NCBI GenBank assembly: GCA_021823625.1 | Contig: JAKANS010000001.1 | Span: 16,483 to 80,482, forward strand | Length of the DNA: 64,000 nt | From: a bacterium | Lineage (GTDB): Bacteria > Verrucomicrobiota > Verrucomicrobiia > Limisphaerales > J093 | Direction: 5' to 3' | Shown: positions 28,513-36,769 of the stretch, in pieces | How the letters are laid out: every line of letters starts with the position of its first letter | Position numbering within the stretch: the stretch's first letter is position 1 | Position numbers and translations under genes: made by a program | The notes under the pieces: model-generated | Told to the model about the DNA's origin: nothing | The model's database searches: none | The model's input: the letters and a program-made list of their open reading frames with translations, nothing else

Positions 28513-29772
28513 TCACGGCCGCGTCCGCACCAGCACACCGCCGCCGCGAGGCAGATGCAGCTTGGCGGGGCTGGCTGCCGGCAACCATTGGCCGGTGGCG
28601 GCGTCGAAGATTTCCAGGGCAGCGGGTCCGCGCAGGCCGATGTCCGCCTCCGCGGCGTAGTCGAGATTCACGATCACCGCATGGGTCGGTTTGGCGTTTT
28701 CGCCCGCAGGTCTGGCCGGGCCGAACAACCCGAGCAAAGCGCCTTTGACCGGTTCGGGCGCCTTGTAGGCGCGCTCCGGCAAAGGCGGGTCAAACGCGAA
28801 CACCGCCTCCGCCGGCAACGCTTCCGCACCCGGAGGCAGCATCCCGGCGTGGAAGACGCCGAGCGAACGCAGCGGCTGCAACTGCCCGGCGATGGCGGCG
28901 AATTCGCGGTTCAACTTCGACAGCACCGGGTAAAGCACCGTGGGCGTGCCGTCGGCATTCGCAATCGCGCCTTTGTGCCCCGGATGGCAATACACGTAGT
29001 AGGAGATGCCTTGGGCGCCGTAGGCGAGGGTCGTGTAAACGAGGTAACGCATTTCGTCGCCGTCGGGCACGCGCATCGACGGCGTCCAGGTGCAGGCCTG
29101 GACGATGTTGAGAAACGGGAGGCCGGCGTCCTGCGCCGCGCGCCGGATCAGCGCGAGGTTGAGAAAGTACTGGCCGGAATCGCCGTGGGTCGTGAACTGG
29201 TAGTGGTCGTAGCTGATCAGGGCCGGCTTCACGACGTCCACGAACTGACGAAGATGTTCGCGGTAGGCGGTGACGACGTCGCCGCGATTGCCGAGTTGCT
29301 CGTTGCTGGCGTAAGTCGGGAACAAGTTGATGTAAGCCAGGTGTCGCGGGTCGCGCTCGCGGAGATGCGCGACCAGCCGGCCCAGCGACGGGAAGTTGGT
29401 GGCGTTGGGCTCGTCGGTGATGAAGTACGCGTAGAGCGCCGGGTGCGGCGCCACGCGGGCGATCAAGGCATCGAGTTGCTGGCGCCGGGCCGGGTCATCC
29501 AGCGAAGCCGGCGACAGCAAGCCGTCGGTGAGTTGCGCGCGCAGGCCGTGTTTGCGCGCCACGTCGAGTTCCTTCTCGCCACACCAGACGAGGTTCCAAC
29601 CGCCATTGGCCATTTGTTGGGCAGTGGCGTCGGTCATGGCCGGACCGGCCCAGTACGTGACGATGGGCGTGCCGACTTCCCAGCGAGGCGGAGCAGGCGT
29701 TTCGGCCGCGTCGGCAAAGATGGGAAGCGTGGCCAGCGCGGTAGCCAAACAGGCATGAGCAAGCGGTTTCAT
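28513..29772 (-). CDS. secreted hypothetical protein, TIM-barrel glycosidase-like
   Basis: 419 aa from ATG 29772 with a signal peptide. Pattern resembles GH42-like / hypothetical glycosyl-hydrolase families. Family not firmly recognised. Confidence 0.5.
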   Translation of the reverse strand: MKPLAHACLATALATLPIFADAAETPAPPRWEVGTPIVTYWAGPAMTDATAQQMANGGWNLVWCGEKELDVARKHGLRAQLTDGLLSPASLDDPARRQQLDALIARVAPHPALYAYFITDEPNATNFPSLGRLVAHLRERDPRHLAYINLFPTYASNEQLGNRGDVVTAYREHLRQFVDVVKPALISYDHYQFTTHGDSGQYFLNLALIRRAAQDAGLPFLNIVQACTWTPSMRVPDGDEMRYLVYTTLAYGAQGISYYVYCHPGHKGAIANADGTPTVLYPVLSKLNREFAAIAGQLQPLRSLGVFHAGMLPPGAEALPAEAVFAFDPPLPERAYKAPEPVKGALLGLFGPARPAGENAKPTHAVIVNLDYAAEADIGLRGPAALEIFDAATGQWLPAASPAKLHLPRGGGVLVRTRP

Positions 29773-29883
29773 AATCAGGTGAGTGTGAGGTTCAAGGTTG
29801 CACGCATTGGGGGTATGTGGTCGCGACGCAGTCCATACCACAGCCAGTTCGCACAAGCCAGCGCGGAGGCGGTTCGACTTCGG

Positions 29884-29989
29884 GCGGGTGGCACCCCGCT
29901 TTGGCGCGCGACCGTCTCGGTCGCAGGCGCGGGGTCTCGCAACCGACCGACATCCGCTGCGTCGCGGATTGGACATCCGCGCTCCCGCC
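29884..29989 (+). repeat. A/B-module structured intergenic repeat, copy 1
   Basis: B'-hairpin GCGGGtggcacCCCGC. Module A is TTTGGCGCGCGACCGTCTCGGTCGCAGGCGCGGGGTCTCGC. Module B hairpin is GCGGATtggacATCCGC. Confidence 0.7.
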
Positions 29990-30033
29990 AGCCAGCGATA
30001 CCCGCGGCTCCAGAGTCGGCGGCGAGCCGGCGA

Positions 30034-33000
30034 TCAATTCGAAAAGGGCGCCGTGAACACGTAATGGCCGGCCAGCACCTCGAACGTCGCCGCGTCGGCG
30101 TCCGTACCGGCCAACCGCACTCCCGTCGCGCGGGCGGCGGGCTCCTTGCCTTCGCGGACTTGCTGTGGCGCGCTCGTGGGCACGCGGAGGGTGGCGGTCG
30201 TGTTCGCCGGCACGCGCACGTCCAGCGTGATCAAGCCTTCCTCGATTTGCCATTCCACCGCGATCGGCCCACGGATCGAATCGTACCGGGCGCGCGCCCA
30301 GGTCACGCCGCCACCCGGACGCGGCGCGATCACGAAGTGCCGGTAGCCCGGAGCCGAGTCGTCGGGGTTGATGCCCGCCACGTTTCGCCAAAGCCATTCG
30401 CCCACCGCGCCGAGCGCCCAATGGTTGAACGAATTCATGCCGGGATCCTGGAACCCACGACCTTTCACATAACCGTCCCAGCGTTCCCAAATCGTCGTGG
30501 CGCCGTTGTCGATCATGTACCGCCACGACGGAAAGGTGCGGTTGGTCAGAAGCTGCCACGCGAGGTCGGTCTGGCCCTGGCGCGGCAATTCCAGCATCAG
30601 CCGGTGCGTCGTCTGAATGCCGGTCGAGAGATGATCGTGGTAGCGGTGAATCGCCTCGACGACGTGCCGCGTCGCGGCCGGGCGCAGGTCCGCCGGCAGG
30701 AGATCGAAGGCCAGCGCGAGCGCATAGCCGCCCTGGGTGTCGCCGCGGATTCGTCCGTCGGCTTGCACGAAGATCCGGTTGAACGCCACCTTGATCTGCG
30801 TGGCCAGGTCGGCGTAGCGCCGGACCTCGGCTTCGCGCCCCAGCACCTGCGCCATCCTGGAAACCAGTTCCGTGGAGTGCGCGAAAAACGCGGTGGCGAA
30901 CAGGTCGTTGGGCACGGAGGCGCCCTTGGTTGGCCAGTCCGCTTGTTTGATCCAATCGCCGTTCAGCCAGTCGTTGTAGTCGTTGTTGCGGCCGTGCGTC
31001 CAGATCAGGTCGGGATTCAGCCGGTGCACGCAGTCCACCCAACGGCAGGTGGCCGCGAAATGCTCGGCGAGCAGGCGCGTGTCCGCGTAGTTCTCGTAGG
31101 CGCGCCACGGGACGATCACGCCGGCATCGGCCCAGGCGGGCGCGCCGGAGAACTGCGCGTTCGGATTGCCCGGGTGGGGCGCGAAATCGGGAAAGCGGCC
31201 GTCGTCGGCCTGGTCATCCTGGATGTCGCGCGTCCATTTCGTGAAGAACGCCGCCAGGTCCATGTTGAACATCGCGGTCTGGCTGAACGCCTGGATGTCG
31301 CCCATCCATCCGAAGCGCTCGTCGCGTTGCGGGCAGTCGTTGGGCGTGCTCATCAGGTTGGCGCGCTGCGTCCAAAGGATGTTGCGCCAAAGCCGGTTGA
31401 TCGCCGGGTCCGAACACTCGAACGCGCCCACTTCCCGCGCCGATGAGTGAAACACGCGACCGCGCACCGCATCCGGGCGCGGCGCCGACGCCAGGCCGCT
31501 CAATTCCACGAAGCGGAAACCGTGATACGTGAAGCGCGGCTCGAACCGGAACCAGCCCCCGACGCGGGGCGTGTAGCGGTCGATCTGCGGCGCGCCGCGC
31601 AGGTTCGCGGTGTACAGCGTGCCGTCCACGTTGGTCATTTCGGCGTGGCGGACGGTCACGGTCTGACCCTCGGCGCCGCGGGCTTCGACCCGGCACCACC
31701 CCACCAGGTTTTGACCGAAGTCGAACACGTAAGCGCCCGGCTTCGGTTCGGTCATGCTCATCGGGATGAGCTCCTGCGTCACGCAGATCGGTTCGTTGGG
31801 CTGCCAGACCAGGCGCTCGCGGCCGAGGTCGGATGCGTGGGCTGACGGCCACGCGCGATCATCGAAACCGGCCGCGTCCCAGCCGGCGAATTCGCGGCAC
31901 GCGTCATAGTCCTCGCCGTCGTAAATCCCCGCGGCGCGGACCGGCCCCGCGAGTGTGCTGCGCCAGGTTTCGTCCGTGACGATCGTTTCTTTCCGGCCAT
32001 CCGCGAACTCGACCTCCAGTTGGCAGAGCAATCGCGGAACGGTGCCGTAAGCGAAGCGCCCAACCGCCATCAGCCGCCCCGCGTACCAACCTTCGCCGAG
32101 CCACGCGGCCAACACATTCTCGCCGTCGCGGACCAGGTCGGTGACATCGTAGGTCTGGTACTGGATGCGATGACGGTAGCTGGTCCACTCCGGCGCCAGC
32201 AGTTGATCGCCGACGCGCCGGCCGTTGATCCGCAATTTGTACAAGCCCTGCGCGGTGGCGTAAGCGGTGGCGCGGCGAATGTCGCCCCGCAGCGGAAACG
32301 CCTTCCGGAGCATGGCCGCGGGCAACGCACCTGGGCCACCGCCCGGCGCGACCGTGACGGTAACGCCGTCGGTGAGATTGGTCCGGGCCCAGGCGCCGGT
32401 CTCGATCGAGTCAGCCGCCGTCACCGCCGCGCCTTGCGCGAGGTTTTGCCCGCCAGCGAGCACCTGCATTTCCGCCAGGGCAAAAGCGAAGTTGGTGGCA
32501 TCGCGCGGCGCCAATTGCGTCACGGTCAACCGCACAAGCCGCGCTGTCGTTGGCGAAAACTGGTACAGCGGCGCGTTCGTGCCGGGATTGGGTTCCTCGT
32601 TCGCGGTGCGGTCCAGCACCACGCGGGCATCGGAGAAATCGGCCTGGCCCGCCGCCTCGACCTTGAACCGGCGGGGGAACAGAAAACCCGGCGTGTCCGG
32701 CTGCCAATCGTAAGGCCGGGCCGGGAAAAGGCGGACGGCTTCGATGGTTGCCGGGCGGCCGAGATCGAGGGTCACCCATTTGGCGACGGCCGGCGAGGGG
32801 GCGAACTCGCTGTGATAGCCGTTGTGCGCCGGGCGCGCGGCCACGTTGGTGAGGCTGGCCAGGTCGGCGATCCAGCGGGCCTGCCAATCCGTGCGTTCCA
32901 GCAACCCCATCGTCCAGGAAGCTGGCTGGCTCCAGGCGGACTCGTGGTCGTCGCCATCCCAGACGCGCACCTTCCAGAAATAACGCCCGCGGCTGACCAG

Positions 33001-33399
33001 CGGTTTGCCCGCATAGACCACGTGGATCGTCTGGTCCGACGACACCTTGCCGCTGTCCCATTCGGTGCCCAGGTTGCGGCGGAGCGCAGACAGCGAATCG
33101 GCGACGAGGACGCGGTACGCCGTCTGGCGTTCGCCGCGGCGATCGGATTGGAGGATCCAGCTCAGCCGGGGCTCCCGGACATCCATGCCGACCGGGTTGC
33201 TCCGGTATTCACAGCGCAACTGCTGAACGACCGGTCCGGCCGCGTGGGCCGGAATCCCGGCCAGGCCGAGCGCCAGAATCAGAATCCAGGCAGGACCGAC
33301 CGCGGCGAAGTTATTTGCGAGGTGCCCGGCAGGGCAGTTTCTCGGGCCGCCGGAATCGCGCCGGCAAATGGCGTGCGTGGACAGGCCAGGGAGGTGCAT
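30034..33399 (-). CDS. alpha-L-rhamnosidase (GH78)
   Basis: 1121 aa from ATG 33399. N-terminal LRCEYRSNPVGMDVREPRLSW and overall bac_rhamnosid layout. Confidence 0.85.
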   Translation of the reverse strand: MHLPGLSTHAICRRDSGGPRNCPAGHLANNFAAVGPAWILILALGLAGIPAHAAGPVVQQLRCEYRSNPVGMDVREPRLSWILQSDRRGERQTAYRVLVADSLSALRRNLGTEWDSGKVSSDQTIHVVYAGKPLVSRGRYFWKVRVWDGDDHESAWSQPASWTMGLLERTDWQARWIADLASLTNVAARPAHNGYHSEFAPSPAVAKWVTLDLGRPATIEAVRLFPARPYDWQPDTPGFLFPRRFKVEAAGQADFSDARVVLDRTANEEPNPGTNAPLYQFSPTTARLVRLTVTQLAPRDATNFAFALAEMQVLAGGQNLAQGAAVTAADSIETGAWARTNLTDGVTVTVAPGGGPGALPAAMLRKAFPLRGDIRRATAYATAQGLYKLRINGRRVGDQLLAPEWTSYRHRIQYQTYDVTDLVRDGENVLAAWLGEGWYAGRLMAVGRFAYGTVPRLLCQLEVEFADGRKETIVTDETWRSTLAGPVRAAGIYDGEDYDACREFAGWDAAGFDDRAWPSAHASDLGRERLVWQPNEPICVTQELIPMSMTEPKPGAYVFDFGQNLVGWCRVEARGAEGQTVTVRHAEMTNVDGTLYTANLRGAPQIDRYTPRVGGWFRFEPRFTYHGFRFVELSGLASAPRPDAVRGRVFHSSAREVGAFECSDPAINRLWRNILWTQRANLMSTPNDCPQRDERFGWMGDIQAFSQTAMFNMDLAAFFTKWTRDIQDDQADDGRFPDFAPHPGNPNAQFSGAPAWADAGVIVPWRAYENYADTRLLAEHFAATCRWVDCVHRLNPDLIWTHGRNNDYNDWLNGDWIKQADWPTKGASVPNDLFATAFFAHSTELVSRMAQVLGREAEVRRYADLATQIKVAFNRIFVQADGRIRGDTQGGYALALAFDLLPADLRPAATRHVVEAIHRYHDHLSTGIQTTHRLMLELPRQGQTDLAWQLLTNRTFPSWRYMIDNGATTIWERWDGYVKGRGFQDPGMNSFNHWALGAVGEWLWRNVAGINPDDSAPGYRHFVIAPRPGGGVTWARARYDSIRGPIAVEWQIEEGLITLDVRVPANTTATLRVPTSAPQQVREGKEPAARATGVRLAGTDADAATFEVLAGHYVFTAPFSN

Positions 33400-33477
33400 G
33401 GCGCAGTAATAACTCCCTGCCCGCGCGGACGGCAATCTCCGTTCCGAGTCAGCGTTCCGGCGGAGCGCATGTCTGTT

Positions 33478-33618
33478 TTTGGCACGCGACCGTCTCGGTT
33501 GCAGCCGCGGGGTCTCGCCGACGGAAAGGTTCACTGACTTCGGTTTAGCCAATGGTCAGCGCCCTCGCGGCTTCAGAGTTTGGCGCAACATTGCGGGTTG
33601 GACACCCGCGCTCCTGCC
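33478..33618 (+). repeat. A/B-module structured intergenic repeat, copy 2 (with about 65-nt internal insert)
   Basis: Module A has 3 substitutions relative to copy 1. Module B hairpin is GCGGGTtggacACCCGC (compensatory A-T to G-C). Confidence 0.7.
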
Positions 33619-33646
33619 GCGCTGCGTCACGTTTTCCCCGATGGGG

Positions 33647-33682
33647 CAATTTTTGTCGCAATTGCGACATTTTTTGTGCCAT
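33647..33682 (+). promoter_or_regulatory. conserved 36-nt block: palindrome TGTCGCAATTGCGACA (33654-33669) followed by T6 (copy 2)
   Basis: 33/36 identical to 7790..7825. Flanks are otherwise unrelated. Confidence 0.5.
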
Positions 33683-33844
33683 GCGGTACCGACGCTTCCC
33701 GTTTCCTATGGCGGGACAAGGGGGCCTGGCCGATCCGGCCGTTGGCAAGCAGTCGGGTCCATGATCCTCTGCCGGAAACTGAGATGCGCTCACTCCGGCA
33801 CGGTGGCCACGAAAACCCGCGGCGGTTTCCGGTCGGTGAGCGTT

Positions 33845-35527
33845 TCAGGCGGCGCGGGCAACAGACTGGGCGGCCTTCCAAGTCCGGTACGAGCCGGTGA
33901 GGTTGCGCACGCGAAAGCCTCTTTGCGACAGCATCCGGCAGGCAAAATAGGATCGCTGGCCGCTCTGGCACGTGACGACGATCTCGCGGTCGCGCGGCAG
34001 TTCGTCCAGCCGGGCGCGCAATTCGGGCAACGGGATGTGCACCGAGCCGGGGATGTGGCCGACAGTGCGTTCCTGCGGGCTGCGCACGTCCAGCACCAGC
34101 GTCTGCGCCGGGTCGAGGTGCGGCAACTCGTTCCATTGAGCGAGTTCCACGTAGCCATCGAGGACGTTCTGCGCGGCCATGCCGGCAAGATTCACCGGGT
34201 CCTTCGCCGAGCCGAACGGCGGCGCGTAGCTGAGTTCGAGTTCCGCAAGATCGTGAACCGTCATGCCGGCCTTCAGCGCGGTGGCCAGCACGTCGATACG
34301 CTTCGCCACGCCGTCGCAACCGACGGCCTGGGCGCCGAGCAGGAGGCCGTTTTCGGCCGCGAACAGAACCTTGAGCGCGATCGGCGAGGCGCCGGGGTAA
34401 TAACCCGCGTGTGACGCCGGATGCAAGTGGAGCGCCTGGTAAGGCCGGCCGGACTTGAACAAGGCGGTCTCGTTCGCGCCGGTGCACGCGGCGGTGAGCT
34501 TGAACAGCCGCAGCACCGCCGTGCCCAGCGTGCCTTCGTAGCGGGTCTCGCGGCCGAAAATGTTGTCCGCGGCGATGCGCCCCTGCCGGTTCGCGGGGCC
34601 GGCCAGCGGGATCAATTGCCAGTGGCCGAGGACGGCGTGCCGCACTTCCACCGCGTCGCCCACGGCCCAGATGTGCGGGTCGCAGGTCTGCATCTGCGGG
34701 TTCACGCGGATGCCTCCGAGTTCCCCGATTTCGAGGCCCGCCGCGCGCGCCAACCCAATGTCCGGTTTCACGCCGAGACCCAGCACCACGATGTCCGCTG
34801 GCAGACGCGCGCCGCTGCGGAGCACGACCACCGAGGCCGCGCCCGCCTGGCCTTCGTCGGGCGCCTCGAACGCCGCCACCGGGTCGGCCAGGTGCAGCGC
34901 CACGCCGTTGGCCTTCAATTCCGCGTGCAGCCAGGACGCCATCTCGGGGTCGAGCGGTGCCATGACCTGCGGCAACGCCTCGACGAGCGTCACCGTCAGG
35001 CCGAGGCGGACGAGTTGCTCGGCCATTTCCAGGCCGATGTAGCCGCCGCCCACCACCACGGCGCGGCGCGCCTGCCCGTTTTTGATCCAGGACTTGATGC
35101 GGTCGGCGTCCGGCACATTGCGCACCGGGAAATGACCTTCGCGATCGAGGCCGGGAATCGGTGGCCGCAACGGCGCGGCGCCGGTGGACAGAATTAAGGC
35201 GTCGTAAGCCTCCTCGGCTTCGCGGCCCGAGGTCAGATCGCGCACCCGCACGCGGCGGTTCGCGCGGTCGATGGCGACAACCTCGGTTTGGACGCGCACA
35301 TCGAGGTTGAAACGTGCTTTCAGGCTGGCTGGCGTTTGGAGCAGGAGTTCGTCGCGGTCGGCGATCTCGCCGCCGATGTAGTACGGCAAACCGCAATTCG
35401 CGAAGGAGACGTGCGGGCCGCGTTCGAAGACGACGATCTCCGCGTCCTCGGACAAACGGCGGGCCCGCGCGGCGGTGCTCATGCCTCCCGCCACGCCACC
35501 GACAACGAGCAACCGTTTTCCGTTCAT
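33845..35527 (-). CDS. CoA-disulfide reductase-type FAD oxidoreductase fused to a C-terminal rhodanese domain
   Basis: 560 aa from ATG 35527. GGVAGGMSTAARA, redox Cys in SFANCGLPYYIGG, and rhodanese loop VVTCQSGQRS. Confidence 0.85.
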   Translation of the reverse strand: MNGKRLLVVGGVAGGMSTAARARRLSEDAEIVVFERGPHVSFANCGLPYYIGGEIADRDELLLQTPASLKARFNLDVRVQTEVVAIDRANRRVRVRDLTSGREAEEAYDALILSTGAAPLRPPIPGLDREGHFPVRNVPDADRIKSWIKNGQARRAVVVGGGYIGLEMAEQLVRLGLTVTLVEALPQVMAPLDPEMASWLHAELKANGVALHLADPVAAFEAPDEGQAGAASVVVLRSGARLPADIVVLGLGVKPDIGLARAAGLEIGELGGIRVNPQMQTCDPHIWAVGDAVEVRHAVLGHWQLIPLAGPANRQGRIAADNIFGRETRYEGTLGTAVLRLFKLTAACTGANETALFKSGRPYQALHLHPASHAGYYPGASPIALKVLFAAENGLLLGAQAVGCDGVAKRIDVLATALKAGMTVHDLAELELSYAPPFGSAKDPVNLAGMAAQNVLDGYVELAQWNELPHLDPAQTLVLDVRSPQERTVGHIPGSVHIPLPELRARLDELPRDREIVVTCQSGQRSYFACRMLSQRGFRVRNLTGSYRTWKAAQSVARAA

Positions 35528-35531
35528 GGCG

Positions 35532-35780
35532 TCAGGCGTTGGCGGGGTGGGTTTGTTTCCAGCGTTCGCGCAGGGCGGCATGGAGACGCTCGCGGCAGGC
35601 CGCGGGAATTTCGACGGCCTGTCCGTGGCGATAAACGGTGATGGTCTGGCGGATGTTGTCCACCACCACCTGGCAGGGATTGCAGCCGCTCAAGTGCCGC
35701 TGCAGATCCCCGCTCACACCGGGTTCCAAGGTGCCGTCCACATATTCGTTGAGGGCGGCGAGCAGTTCATCGCAATTCAT
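35532..35780 (-). CDS. small zinc-binding anti-sigma-like (ZAS, zf-HC2) protein, no TM segment
   Basis: 82 aa. H-x3-C-x2-C motif (HLSGCNPC). Its stop is 4 nt before the CoADR start. Confidence 0.7.
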   Translation of the reverse strand: MNCDELLAALNEYVDGTLEPGVSGDLQRHLSGCNPCQVVVDNIRQTITVYRHGQAVEIPAACRERLHAALRERWKQTHPANA

Positions 35781-35825
35781 GACCGTGTTCTGCCGCGATG
35801 GAACCGCAACCCGGCGGGAAGTTAC

Positions 35826-35867
35826 AGGACAAACAAATTCCGGGCCGACGCGCCAGTGGCCGTCGGC
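35826..35867 (-). terminator. putative intrinsic terminator after the CBM48 gene
   Basis: Minus strand GCCGACG-gccactggcg-CGTCGGC, then ccggAATTTGTTTGT. Confidence 0.45.
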
Positions 35868-35911
35868 GAAATCCGGGACGAAGTGTCGGAGCGGAAGGCC
35901 GCGTCCGGCGG

Positions 35912-36319
35912 TCAGACGGCCGCCACCACGCGCACCACCGAGTTCAGGCCGCCGAACGGATTCGGCACTGTCTCTGCCGACGCAGGATCATGCACCCAGG
36001 CGCCGTCCACGATGAAGCGGTATTCGTAAATGCCGGGCGGCAGTTCCAGTTCCACGCTCCAGCAGTCGGCACCGGTGCATTGCATCGGCGTCGCCGTCGG
36101 GTGCCATTGATTGAAGGTGCCGGCCAGGAAGACGGCTTGGGCACCTGGATGCCTGTAAGCCAGACGGACGCAGGGCGGGAGCGGTGGGGCCGCGGGCTTC
36201 GCGGGGACCGCTTTCGCAGGAACGGGTGTTGCGGCGGCGGCTTTCGCGGTTACGGGCGGTTTCTTCGTCACGGGGGTTTTCGCCGATTTCGGTTTGTTCG
36301 GTTTCGTAGTCATGGTCAT
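35912..36319 (-). CDS. stand-alone glycogen-binding (CBM48 / AMPK-beta-like) domain protein with a basic Pro/Ala/Lys tail
   Basis: 135 aa from ATG 36319. N-terminus TKPNKPKSAKTPVTKKPPVTAKAAA. C-terminus VFLAGTFNQWHP...YEYRFIVDGAWVHDP. Confidence 0.75.
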   Translation of the reverse strand: MTMTTKPNKPKSAKTPVTKKPPVTAKAAAATPVPAKAVPAKPAAPPLPPCVRLAYRHPGAQAVFLAGTFNQWHPTATPMQCTGADCWSVELELPPGIYEYRFIVDGAWVHDPASAETVPNPFGGLNSVVRVVAAV

Positions 36320-36600
36320 AGCAGTGTCAGGCGCGGGGGCGAGCCGAACCGACGAGAAGACTTTTCGCTGTGACGTTTCCCCGTGGGTTTTGGGGCACCG
36401 CCTCCACGACATGGCGGAAAGTACGCCGCCAGGCGGGTTTTGCCAGTTCTTTTGCAGAAACACGCTTTGGTCACGGATGCGCAGGTTACGATTGATGGGG
36501 TCGGGCTGTCCCCAGAACTGGTGACTGGTTGGGGGCGGCCCGTCGCGTATCTTGTCGTCGTTGTTGGCGCACTCCGTTCTCAGGTGCGCGTGTGTGAAAG

Positions 36601-36632
36601 GGCCGGACCTGTTTGTCCGGCCTTTCTCTTTT
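36601..36632 (+). terminator. strong orphan intrinsic terminator
   Basis: GGCCGGAC-ctgttt-GTCCGGCC followed by TTTCTCTTTT. No annotated plus-strand gene upstream. Confidence 0.6.
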
Positions 36633-36769
36633 CCGCCTCCAAGTTTGTTCGCCCCTGTCGGTCGGAACGCGTGAAAAGCCGTAGAGCTTGCATTCATAAC
36701 ACATGCCCAGTTGGCACTCCCGAATCGCCGGTTCCTTGAAGGCGCCGGAAGCTCTTGCCGCCGCCGGGT

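Noticed and set aside
33400-33552. N-terminal extension of the rhamnosidase ORF to 33552. Similar upstream extensions exist for dnaX (11112), MFS (9942), CRTAC1-like (28538), NCS2 (52424) and the isochorismatase gene (7758).
   Set aside because: The extensions run through intergenic repeats or the SRP RNA and encode Arg/Pro-rich junk. Internal starts give proper signal peptides or canonical N-termini.
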